Shown piece by piece: positions 10,151-18,468 of a DNA stretch of 64,000 nucleotides (its first letter is position 1; the number at the start of each line of letters is the position of its first letter). The stretch lies in contig JBDIWC010000002.1 of NCBI GenBank assembly GCA_039794085.1, positions 78,984-142,983 on the forward strand. Reading direction: 5' to 3'. The notes under the pieces were generated by a model, which was given only the letters and a program-made list of their open reading frames with translations, was not told the DNA's origin and made no database searches. The stretch is from Gemmatimonadales bacterium (GTDB lineage Bacteria; Gemmatimonadota; Gemmatimonadetes; Gemmatimonadales; GWC2-71-9). Both the position numbers and the translations under genes were made by a program.

Positions 10151-10867
10151 CTACACTGTGGGATGGTTCTGGAACAAGGGGTGCTTCCGTGCCAAGGCCA
10201 CGATTCTGGCCACCTGATCTTCGAATTCCAGATCGGAGGTGTCAAGGTGAACCGCGTCGGGGGCAGACCTCAACGGGGCGACCTCTCTCCCGGCATCCAG
10301 GCGGTCCCGCGCCTTGAGCCGGTCGGCCTCCTCCGCGAGGATCGGGGCGGCGGGAGAGGTTCCGCCCCCCGCCTGCGCCAGCCGGCGCCGGGCTCGTACC
10401 TCCGCCGAGGCGGTCAGGAAGACCTTGACCGGGGCTTCGGGCACGACCACGGTGCCAATGTCCCGGCCATCGAGCACCACGGGTCGCCCCAGCTCTACTA
10501 TCGCCTCCCGGAGCATCCGGGTGACCCAGGTCCGGATCCCGGGCCGTGCCGAGATCGCACTCACACCCGCCGTCACCTCCGGGCTCCTGATCGCCGGCTC
10601 GGCGGTCCGGCCATCGATCATGGGGACCAGCGCATCGCCCGCCCGGCGGAGATGGACCCCGCGTTGCCGCACCGCGTCGAGAATGGCCTCGTCACTGGCC
10701 GGCTGGGGCACCTGTCCCGCCACGAGAGTCACCGCCCGGTACAACGCCCCGGTGTCCAGGTGCCAGGCGCCGAGAGCATGGGCCACGGCATGTGCCGTGC
10801 TCGATTTTCCCGAGGCGGCCGGTCCGTCGATCGCCACGACGGGGGGAGGCGTGGGAGCGGTCATCAC
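10151..10867 (-). CDS. cmk: Cytidylate kinase
   Basis: AIDGPAASGKSS, LDTGALYR, DGRDIGTVV; aroA-cmk-rpsA order. Confidence 0.95.
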   Translation of the reverse strand: MMTAPTPPPVVAIDGPAASGKSSTAHAVAHALGAWHLDTGALYRAVTLVAGQVPQPASDEAILDAVRQRGVHLRRAGDALVPMIDGRTAEPAIRSPEVTAGVSAISARPGIRTWVTRMLREAIVELGRPVVLDGRDIGTVVVPEAPVKVFLTASAEVRARRRLAQAGGGTSPAAPILAEEADRLKARDRLDAGREVAPLRSAPDAVHLDTSDLEFEDQVARIVALARKHPLFQNHPTV

Positions 10868-12132
10868 CGGCCTTCGAGGGAGGCAAGTGCTTTCCAGAAA
10901 CCGGGGAAACTCACCCCGGCACAGGCGGGATTATCCACGACCAGGTCCACCCCGGGTGACTCCCCCAATACACCGAATGCCATGGCCAGGCGGTGGTCAT
11001 CCGCGGTGCGGATCAGCCCCTTCAGCGGACCCCGGGTGCCCGTCACGCGGAGAGTATCACCCTCAGCCACCGCCTCGACGCCCAGGCCCCGCAGATTCGT
11101 GGCCAGGAGGCCGAGCCGGTCACTCTCCTTCACGCGGAGCTCTCCAACCTGGTGGAACGTCGTGGTCCCGTGACATCTCGCGGCGAGCGCGGCCAGGACC
11201 GGGATCTCGTCAATCACCCCGGGCACTTCGGACGCGGGGATGTCGGTGGCCTGGAGATCGCCAGGAGTGAGGACCAGATCACCAATCGGTTCGCCGAGCA
11301 CCGTCCCCCGCTGCTCCGTCTCCACCACCGCTCCCATCCTTCGGATGACCGCGAGAAACCCTGTCCTCGTCGGATTCAGAGCCACCCCGGAGATCCGCAG
11401 CCGCCGGGGGGATCGGCCGAGCATCGCCGCCGCCAGGAGAAAGGCCGCAGAGGAGGGATCTCCCGGAATCTCCGTGCTGAAGGGCTCCAGGCAGCCGCTG
11501 GACGGATCGAAGTCGATCCACCCCTCGCGGATCGGCAGGGCGAAACCAAACGCGGCGAGGAGGCGTTCCGTGTGATCACGGGACGTCCCTCCCACTCCCT
11601 CCCGCACGGCGACGGGAACGCGACCGGAAAGACCCGCGAGCAGGAGGGCACTCTTGACCTGGGCACTCGCGACCGGCATCGCGTAGCGCAGCGGGCGGAG
11701 GTTCCCGCCCTGGATCGTGAGGGGGAGCCGGTCTCCGGAATCGGCCCCGGCGATGAGGGCCCCCATCGCCGCCAGCGGGTCCGTGACCCTGCGCATCGGC
11801 CGACGGCGGAGGGAACGATCCCCGGTGACCGTGGCCCCGAACGGGTGGCCCGCGAGAAGCCCGAGGAGAAGACGGGCCGCCGTGCCGCTGTTTCCACAGT
11901 CGAGGGGGATCCGGGGTGCGGAGAACCGGGATACCCCTTTCACGGTCACCACCGCGCCCTCACGGAGGGGAGAGATACCGGCTCCAAGCTGGCGCAGAAC
12001 CCGGGCGGTGGAGCGGGCATCAAGCGCGGTCAGGGCTCCTCCGATTTTCGACCGGCCCGGGGAAAGGGCGGCAACCATCAAGACCCGGTGGGTGATGCTC
12101 TTGTCCCCGGGGACCGTCAGAGCGTGCGGCAT
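10864..12132 (-). CDS. aroA: EPSP synthase
   Basis: VPGDKSITHR, DCGNSGTAAR, RDHTERLL, LRVKESDRL, DDHRLAM. Confidence 0.96.
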   Translation of the reverse strand: MPHALTVPGDKSITHRVLMVAALSPGRSKIGGALTALDARSTARVLRQLGAGISPLREGAVVTVKGVSRFSAPRIPLDCGNSGTAARLLLGLLAGHPFGATVTGDRSLRRRPMRRVTDPLAAMGALIAGADSGDRLPLTIQGGNLRPLRYAMPVASAQVKSALLLAGLSGRVPVAVREGVGGTSRDHTERLLAAFGFALPIREGWIDFDPSSGCLEPFSTEIPGDPSSAAFLLAAAMLGRSPRRLRISGVALNPTRTGFLAVIRRMGAVVETEQRGTVLGEPIGDLVLTPGDLQATDIPASEVPGVIDEIPVLAALAARCHGTTTFHQVGELRVKESDRLGLLATNLRGLGVEAVAEGDTLRVTGTRGPLKGLIRTADDHRLAMAFGVLGESPGVDLVVDNPACAGVSFPGFWKALASLEGR

Positions 12133-12316
12133 TCGCGTGGCACCTTGGAGCGAAAAGAAGGGTTCGGGGAGAAATCTGATTTCACCACTGGGAGAATGCC
12201 CTGGAGACCGGTTTTCCCTAGATGATTGGCCTGCCACCACTTAAGTTAACATGACCGGATACTTTCCCGGTGATCGTCCGTGAACGCCTCTTTCCCTGGA
12301 GCTCCGCGAGCCCACT

Positions 12317-14563
12317 GTGACCCACCCCTCCCCTGCGACTCTGTCCGCCAGAAGCGACACCTGGTTGGTGGACGTCCTGGTCTCTGCGGGAATCATCTCC
12401 CAGGACATCGGGCAGGAACTCTGTGCCGACACGGAGTCCATCTGGTCGGCCGTGGTTCGGCGCGGAATGGCGAGCGACGAACTCGTGGTCAAGATCCTCA
12501 GCAACCGGTTCGCGGTGAAGCTCGCCGACTTTTCCGAACTGGACACCAGGGCCACAGCTTTCGTGCCGGAGTCCATGGCCCGGAAACATCTCATCGTTCC
12601 GCTGGGAGCGGATGACCGGCGCATCAAGATCGCCACGGCGGACCCCCGCGACCTGGACCTGGAAAAGGCCCTGGAGTTTGTCACCAGTCGGTCGGTTGAG
12701 TTCCGCCTCGCGGCTCCCTCGGTCCTGCGCCAGAGACTCGACGACATCTACCGTCCGGAGCGGAGCGTCAACCGCCTGCTGAGCGGCCTCACGCCGGCCA
12801 GCCTGGAGCAGGTCGAGGACACGGGGACGCCCGGGTCCGAGGGAACGCTCGATGCCCCGATGACGCGACTGGTGGATGCGATGATCGGCGACGCCGTCCG
12901 AGAAGGGGCGAGCGACATTCATGGAGAGCCGGTCGAGGGCCTCATGTCGGTGCGGTACCGGATCGACGGGATTCTGCACGAGGTCATGCGGCTTCCCGGA
13001 TCGGCCGGCCCCGCCCTGGTGAGGCGGGTCAAGATTCTTGGCAAGCTCGACGTCACCGACCCCCTCCGGCCCCACGATGGCCGGGCCGCGGTCCGGGTGG
13101 ACGGTCGGGTGATCGATCTTCGGATCTCCACCGTGCCCATCGCCCGCCGGGGTGAAAAGGTGGTCATCCGCATCCTGAACCGGACCAACCTGAGAGCCAC
13201 GATCGCGGACCTCCGACTCCCCCCCGAGGAGGAGCGCCTGTTCCAGGGCCTGGTGAAGCACCGTGACGGCATGCTGCTGGTGACGGGTCCCACGGGGAGC
13301 GGGAAGACCACCACGTTGTACGCCGTCCTCAATCAGCTCAAGACAGGTGAGGTGAACATCGTCACGATCGAGGACCCGGTCGAGTACGATATCGGGGGGA
13401 TATCCCAGTTGCAGGTGAACGAAGACCAGGGGTTCACCTTCGCGGCGGCGCTGCGTTCGGTCCTGCGGCAAGACCCGGATATTGTGCTCGTGGGAGAGAT
13501 CCGGGACGGCGAGACCGCCAACATCGCCATCCAGGCGGGGCAGACCGGCCATTTCGTCCTGTCCACTCTCCACACCAACGACGCGGCCTCCGCCATTCCG
13601 CGCCTGCGGGACCTCGGCGTGGATGGATTCAACCTCGCGGCGGTGCTTCGGGGAGTGCTGGCCCAGCGGCTGGTACGGCGCCTCTGCCCCGAGTGTTCCA
13701 CGCCGATGGAGGTGGGTCTGCTCCCTGCGGAGGCACAGCCGCCGGCCGGAGTGAGCGCGACCCCCCGGCGGTCCGCCGGGTGCAAGGCCTGCGGGGGGTC
13801 CGGGTATCGGGGACGGATCGCCATCCTGGAGATCATGCCCGTCGATGATCGAATGGCCCATTTGATCGAGAAGGGTGCCATGCCGGATGTCCTCGCCGAG
13901 TCCGCCCGCGCACTCGGCATGCGGACGCTCTGGCAGAGCGGACTCGACCGGGTCTGGCGAGGTCAGACGTCGATCGACGAAATTGTGCGGGTGCTCGGGG
14001 ACCGGGCGGGAGACGACCCGACGGTCCTCGCCGACGAGCCGGTTGCCTTGAAGGAGCTCCTGCCCGATCTCCTGGGCTCGACCGCCGGCGGCATGTCCGA
14101 CCTGGCGGCCCCCGACACGGAGTCGGCGTCACGCGTGTCTCCCCCACCGTCCCCTGTCCCCCGCGCGGTCCAGACCGCCCCTGGATCCTCCGCACCCCGC
14201 ATCCTCGTGGCCGATGACGATGCGCAGATGCGGAAACTGGTTCGCATGATCCTCAAGCGGGAGGGTTTCCTGGTTGAGGAAGCGGCTGATGGCCTCGATG
14301 CGCTGGAGGTCATGGACTCCCACCCGGTGGACCTGCTGATCCTCGACCTGGACATGCCCCGTCTGGATGGGCTCGGGGTGCTGGAAGAGTTGCGGGCCCG
14401 GGTGCTCACCTCCAGCATTCCGGTCATCGTCCTGACGGCCCGATCGGACGACACGGAAGTGAAAGCGCTGGACCTGGGTGCCCAGGACTACCTCACGAAG
14501 CCGGTCCAACCCTCCTCCCTCGCCGCCCGAGTCAAGGCGGTTCTGCGGCGTTCACGGCTCTGA
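12317..14563 (+). CDS. GspE/PilB-family secretion/pilus ATPase with C-terminal receiver (REC) domain
   Basis: T2SSE_N-like N-terminus, ASDIH, GPTGSGKTT, TIEDPVEY, LRQDPDIVLVGEIRD, STLHTND, CPEC/CKAC; C-terminal ILVADDD...LDLDMP...LTA...YLTKP. Confidence 0.93.
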   Translation: MTHPSPATLSARSDTWLVDVLVSAGIISQDIGQELCADTESIWSAVVRRGMASDELVVKILSNRFAVKLADFSELDTRATAFVPESMARKHLIVPLGADDRRIKIATADPRDLDLEKALEFVTSRSVEFRLAAPSVLRQRLDDIYRPERSVNRLLSGLTPASLEQVEDTGTPGSEGTLDAPMTRLVDAMIGDAVREGASDIHGEPVEGLMSVRYRIDGILHEVMRLPGSAGPALVRRVKILGKLDVTDPLRPHDGRAAVRVDGRVIDLRISTVPIARRGEKVVIRILNRTNLRATIADLRLPPEEERLFQGLVKHRDGMLLVTGPTGSGKTTTLYAVLNQLKTGEVNIVTIEDPVEYDIGGISQLQVNEDQGFTFAAALRSVLRQDPDIVLVGEIRDGETANIAIQAGQTGHFVLSTLHTNDAASAIPRLRDLGVDGFNLAAVLRGVLAQRLVRRLCPECSTPMEVGLLPAEAQPPAGVSATPRRSAGCKACGGSGYRGRIAILEIMPVDDRMAHLIEKGAMPDVLAESARALGMRTLWQSGLDRVWRGQTSIDEIVRVLGDRAGDDPTVLADEPVALKELLPDLLGSTAGGMSDLAAPDTESASRVSPPPSPVPRAVQTAPGSSAPRILVADDDAQMRKLVRMILKREGFLVEEAADGLDALEVMDSHPVDLLILDLDMPRLDGLGVLEELRARVLTSSIPVIVLTARSDDTEVKALDLGAQDYLTKPVQPSSLAARVKAVLRRSRL

Positions 14564-14591
14564 GAAGCCTCTCATCCACGGAGCACACGGC

Positions 14592-15077
14592 ATGGATCAC
14601 CCGCCCCCGGGTACTTCAGACAAGCAGGAGCTCCTCTCCGCCTTCGACCAGGTCGTCACGCGGGAGCAGGAACGGGACACCGCGGCGCCTCCCCCTCCGC
14701 CCCGCCGACCCGTGCGGGGCGGTCTCGTGGTGGCCGGAGCGCTGTCCTATCTCTTTCTGGCCTATATGTGGATCGGCAAGCCCGACTGGCTCTTTGCGCC
14801 TGACGCTCCTCCCCATCCCCTCAATGTCGAGGCCGCTCTCCGGATGGAACTCTACCTGCATGGGGCGGCACTCCACGACCATCTGGCAGCCACTGGCCGG
14901 CTCCCGTTCACCCTCGACGAGGTCAGCACGCCCGAATCCGTCGTGGAGTACCAGCGGATGGGTGACAGCACGTGGGTGCTCAGGGGCACGGAGGGGTCGG
15001 TATCTCTGACCCTTCGTTCCACCGATCCGCTGGAGCCGTTTCTCGGGAACAGCCTGCTCGAACTGGGAGTGAAGTAG
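14592..15077 (+). CDS. Hypothetical single-TM protein (paralog A)
   Basis: One hydrophobic segment (LVVAGALSYLFLAYMWIG); shares colinear motifs with 16245..16745. Confidence 0.8.
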   Translation: MDHPPPGTSDKQELLSAFDQVVTREQERDTAAPPPPPRRPVRGGLVVAGALSYLFLAYMWIGKPDWLFAPDAPPHPLNVEAALRMELYLHGAALHDHLAATGRLPFTLDEVSTPESVVEYQRMGDSTWVLRGTEGSVSLTLRSTDPLEPFLGNSLLELGVK

Positions 15078-15080
15078 GCC

Positions 15081-15309
15081 AGGACGCAGGGCGCAGGACC
15101 AGGACAAAGGACAAAGGACAAAGGACAAAGGACGTAGGACATGGGACACAGGACATGGAAAGGGCGGGACATTCAACGATAGTCATCCCGGCGAAGGTCG
15201 GGATCCGGGGTGGAGATCCTGGTGGGTCGAACCGATTCCGGCGCGTGGAGACTGACGGTTGACCAGAGATCCCCATGTTCTATGTCCTATGTCCCATGTC
15301 CTACGTCCT
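15081..15309. repeat. Inverted heptamer arrays (AGGACNN)n ... (NNGTCCT)n
   Basis: About 11 units at 15081-15156, including AGGACAA x4; 5 complementary units at 15275-15309; 15129-15156 and 15282-15309 match at 27/28 as an inverted repeat. Confidence 0.9.
15182..15206. repeat. REP-like palindrome
   Basis: GTCATCCCGGCGAAGGTCGGGATCC, in the GTCATCCC-G..GAA..C-GGGATCC layout of CGTC-type REP/dRS3-like repeats. Confidence 0.65.
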
Positions 15310-15319
15310 AGTCAGTTCC

Positions 15320-15742
15320 CTACCAGCACGCGGGGACACCCTCCACCCGGACATTTCGATTGGGCGAGTTGGACACGGGTCCCGCAAAGATCCCACACCG
15401 GCGGGGAGCTGTGCGCAAGGCTGGATTGGTGGCGGTGGCGTTCCACCCCGTGGGGCGTCGCCGGACTCGAATCACATTGGCCCCGGAGGGAACGAAGGAG
15501 ATCCGTCCCCTCCCGCGCACTCCATTGATGGTCGGTCCCGCAGTCAGACCGCCGGCGTAGTCGCCGTTGGTGCTGAAGAAGGCCTCCTGCATGGGCACCA
15601 GGTTCCGGAGGTCGGAAACCATTGTGGTCCGAAGCGCCCGTTCCTTCTGTTGTCCGCTTTTGATGATGGCGATGCTGGCCAGCACCGAAAGAATGCCGAA
15701 CACCGTCATCAGTTCGATCAGGGTAAAGCCGCGGCGGTTCAC
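15320..15742 (-). CDS. Type IV pilin-like protein (pilin A)
   Basis: GTG start after GGAGG; MNRRG/FTLIELMTV class III signal; C-terminal Cys pair (RRCGIF...VPACW). Confidence 0.9.
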   Translation of the reverse strand: MNRRGFTLIELMTVFGILSVLASIAIIKSGQQKERALRTTMVSDLRNLVPMQEAFFSTNGDYAGGLTAGPTINGVRGRGRISFVPSGANVIRVRRRPTGWNATATNPALRTAPRRCGIFAGPVSNSPNRNVRVEGVPACW

Positions 15743-15799
15743 GAGATCCTCCGGCATGAGAAGTGCTGAGACGGCAAGTGTCCCTCTTCGGCACGGACT

Positions 15800-15829
15800 A
15801 GTGTAGCATGGGTGCGAGATTCCGGTCAA
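15800..15829 (-). promoter_or_regulatory. Putative promoter of pilin A
   Basis: TTGACC-N18-TACACT with a TG extended -10 (TGCTACACT). Confidence 0.5.
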
Positions 15830-15876
15830 ACGGTTCCGGTCGACGAGGCGTTTTGCCTCCTCCTCAAGAGTGAGAC

Positions 15877-16248
15877 ATGGCACGGATATTCATCGTCGAG
15901 GACAGCAGCGACAACATGAGGCTCTTCCAGGCCGTTCTCCGGCTCCAGGGCCACGAGATTCGGGGGGTGGCGGACGGAACCGGCCTCCAGGAGGCACTGG
16001 AATCGTTTGCCCCCCACCTGGTGCTCATGGACATCCAGCTCCCGGGCAAGGACGGCTACGAACTGCTCCGGGAGATTCGCGCCTTGACGGCTCCGGTCCG
16101 GACGGTGCGCGTCCTCGCGCTCACCGCCCACGCCATGTCCGGAGATGAGCAGAAGGTTCTCGAGGCGGGATTCGATGGATACATCACGAAACCGATCTCG
16201 GTGGCGACATTCCCGAGCCAGATTCAGGAGGCGCTCGACTCCGCATGA
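15877..16248 (+). CDS. Single-domain response regulator (DivK/CheY-like)
   Basis: IFIVED, LVLMDIQLPGKDG, ALTAHAMSGD, YITKPI. Confidence 0.92.
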   Translation: MARIFIVEDSSDNMRLFQAVLRLQGHEIRGVADGTGLQEALESFAPHLVLMDIQLPGKDGYELLREIRALTAPVRTVRVLALTAHAMSGDEQKVLEAGFDGYITKPISVATFPSQIQEALDSA

Positions 16249-16745
16249 CCTACGCCCAGCCCCGGGGACCGCACACGGATTCGAAATCCGCTCTTCTGCA
16301 GGCGGCGGAGGCAGCCGTGGCGGCTTCCCCTTCAACACTCCCCGTCCGGGAACCCCGCCGGAACGACCGCCGGCGTGGCCTTCTTCCACTCCTTTTGATC
16401 GTGGGAGGTGCATGTGGCGTCTTGCTGGTGGCACGGCCCTCCTGGCTGTCCACTCCGCCCCCTCTCCCGGAGCCTCCGGTCATCGCCGAAGCCTCCGCTC
16501 GCATGACCCTGGTTCGTGAGGCGGAGCGCATCCGATCCTACCGCGACTCCCTCGGCCGGCTCCCGTCCACGCTCGCCGAGGCGGGCGGACCCGGTGAGAG
16601 TGATGTGGTGTATTCCTCCAGCCCCGATGGGACCTTCACCCTGCGCCTGGCGACCGACGGACGCCTCGTCCTGCACAGCACGGATAACGCCACGGAGTTT
16701 CTGGGGGCCAGCTATGAATCCCTCCTCCAGAGGGGGTCTCGATGA
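16245..16745 (+). CDS. Hypothetical single-TM protein (paralog B)
   Basis: TM segment LLPLLLIVGGACGVLLVA; ATGA overlaps with both neighbours; homologous to 14592..15077. Confidence 0.82.
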   Translation: MTYAQPRGPHTDSKSALLQAAEAAVAASPSTLPVREPRRNDRRRGLLPLLLIVGGACGVLLVARPSWLSTPPPLPEPPVIAEASARMTLVREAERIRSYRDSLGRLPSTLAEAGGPGESDVVYSSSPDGTFTLRLATDGRLVLHSTDNATEFLGASYESLLQRGSR

Positions 16746-17191
16746 GGAGTGACCGAAGGGGATTCACCCTCATCGAACTCTTCACCGTGGTGATTGTCGT
16801 GGGTCTCCTGGCTTCCCTCGCCACGATGAAGTATGTGGATTTGAAACGCTCGGCGCTCGTCACGTCCATCGCCGCCGACATGCGGGCGGTCCAGCTCGCC
16901 GTCTTCAATCATTGGGCGGATTTCCAGGCTTGGCCACCGGATTCCCCCGCCGGCGTGCTACCACCCGGCCTCGGTCCCTACCTGCCCGGAACCGTGCAGT
17001 GGGCGCCCACCACCCATACGCTCGACTACGAGGTCTTTCCCGCCGGTTCCAGCATCCTGGTCGGAGTGTCTGTCACCACCTCGGACCCGATTCTCCGGTC
17101 CAAGCTCGTCAGCTCCCTCGGAGGTACCTACCCCTTCTTCGCGTCCGGCGGGACTCTCACCTACATCCTTGTGGGTCCTGACGGACTCTAA
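16742..17191 (+). CDS. Type IV pilin/pseudopilin-like protein (pilin B)
   Basis: RRG/FTLIELFTVVIVVGLLASLA class III signal; no cysteines. Confidence 0.9.
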   Translation: MRSDRRGFTLIELFTVVIVVGLLASLATMKYVDLKRSALVTSIAADMRAVQLAVFNHWADFQAWPPDSPAGVLPPGLGPYLPGTVQWAPTTHTLDYEVFPAGSSILVGVSVTTSDPILRSKLVSSLGGTYPFFASGGTLTYILVGPDGL

Positions 17192-17318
17192 GAGTTGAGA
17201 GACCAGGGTGAAGGCAGGGACCTTCCCCCCGGTCTCTCAACCCGCTATATCTCAAGGGTTGCATCGCGAACGCGAAAGTCACCCCGGGCTCACGCCCCCG
17301 AAGGTCGAGGACAACACC

Positions 17319-18446
17319 GTGCCAGCCAGCCATCCATCGTTTCCGCCGGGTGATGGAGGGGCCTTCCTCAAAGCCGTCCGCCAGGCCGTCGACAGTCACC
17401 TCAAGGCCCATCCCGCCGCCACGGCCCGCACCACCCGTGCCATGTTGTTCAAGACCGCCCTGATGCTGGCGCTGACGTTCGTTCCCTACTCCCTGATTCT
17501 GTCGGGTCAGGTGACTGCCCCCGCCCTCCTGTTCGGCCTCGCCGCGCTGACGGGTCTCGGCATGGCCGGGATCGGATTCTCGGTGGCCCACGATGCCCTG
17601 CACGGCGCGTATTCGAATTCTCCCCGCCTGAACTGGGCCCTCGGGTGCAGCATGGATCTCGCGGGGGGGAGCAGCTATCTCTGGCGCATCACTCACAACA
17701 TCATCCATCACACGTACACCAATATCCATGGGACCGACGAGGACCTTGCGGTCTCCCCTCTCCTGCGTCTTTCCCCGCACGCGCCGCGGGCCTGGTACCA
17801 CCGGTTCCAGCATCTCTATGCGTTCGCCCTCTACAGCATGACCACGCTGTTCTGGGCCTTCGTCAAGGACTACAAATACCTGCTGGCCCGGGATCTCGGC
17901 CCCTATGCCGACAAGAAGCACGCTCCGATGGACGTCCTCGGGCTCCTCCTGGGCAAGCTCGTCTTCTACACCTGGTCGATGGTTCTGCCCTTCCTGCTGC
18001 TTCCCTACGCGTGGTGGCAGATCGCCGCCGGCATCCTCGTGGCGCATGTCGCGGCCGGGATCACTCTCGGTATCGTGTTCCAGCTCGCCCACGTCGTGGA
18101 GGAGACCTCTCACCCTGTTCCCACCACCGCCGGTGCCATGCCGGATGGATGGGCCGCGCATGAGATGTACACCACGGCCAACTTCGCCCCGGACAATCGC
18201 TTCCTCGGGTGGTATGTGGGTGGTCTCAACTTCCAGGTGGAGCACCACCTGTTCCCCCGCGTTTGCAGCATGCACTATCCGACGATCAGTCCCATCGTGA
18301 GACGGGTTGCCGAGGAGCATGGACTCCCCTACCACAGCAATCCGACGTTCCTGGGGGCGGTCCGCTCACACCTGCGGACCCTCCGCCGATTCGGCGCATC
18401 GGACGTTCCGCACTTTGCCTCGACGATGGGGACCGCCTCGACCTGA
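17319..18446 (+). CDS. Membrane fatty-acid desaturase (front-end type)
   Basis: His boxes HDALH, HNIIHH and QVEHHLFP; GTG start after GAGGA inferred (ORF open from 17208). Confidence 0.9.
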   Translation: MPASHPSFPPGDGGAFLKAVRQAVDSHLKAHPAATARTTRAMLFKTALMLALTFVPYSLILSGQVTAPALLFGLAALTGLGMAGIGFSVAHDALHGAYSNSPRLNWALGCSMDLAGGSSYLWRITHNIIHHTYTNIHGTDEDLAVSPLLRLSPHAPRAWYHRFQHLYAFALYSMTTLFWAFVKDYKYLLARDLGPYADKKHAPMDVLGLLLGKLVFYTWSMVLPFLLLPYAWWQIAAGILVAHVAAGITLGIVFQLAHVVEETSHPVPTTAGAMPDGWAAHEMYTTANFAPDNRFLGWYVGGLNFQVEHHLFPRVCSMHYPTISPIVRRVAEEHGLPYHSNPTFLGAVRSHLRTLRRFGASDVPHFASTMGTAST

Positions 18447-18468
18447 GGTCCTGGGCCGACACGCACAA

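Noticed and set aside
15081..15309. Possible CRISPR array
   Set aside because: Units are 7-nt tandem repeats without spacers, and no cas genes are present.
14616..15528. ORFs crossing the repeat region (e.g. VLCPLSFVLCP, RTKDKGQRTKD)
   Set aside because: They are translations of the heptamer repeat.
15878..15893. Sigma54-like TGGCACG near the pilin genes
   Set aside because: It overlaps the regulator start codon and lacks the -12 TTGC.
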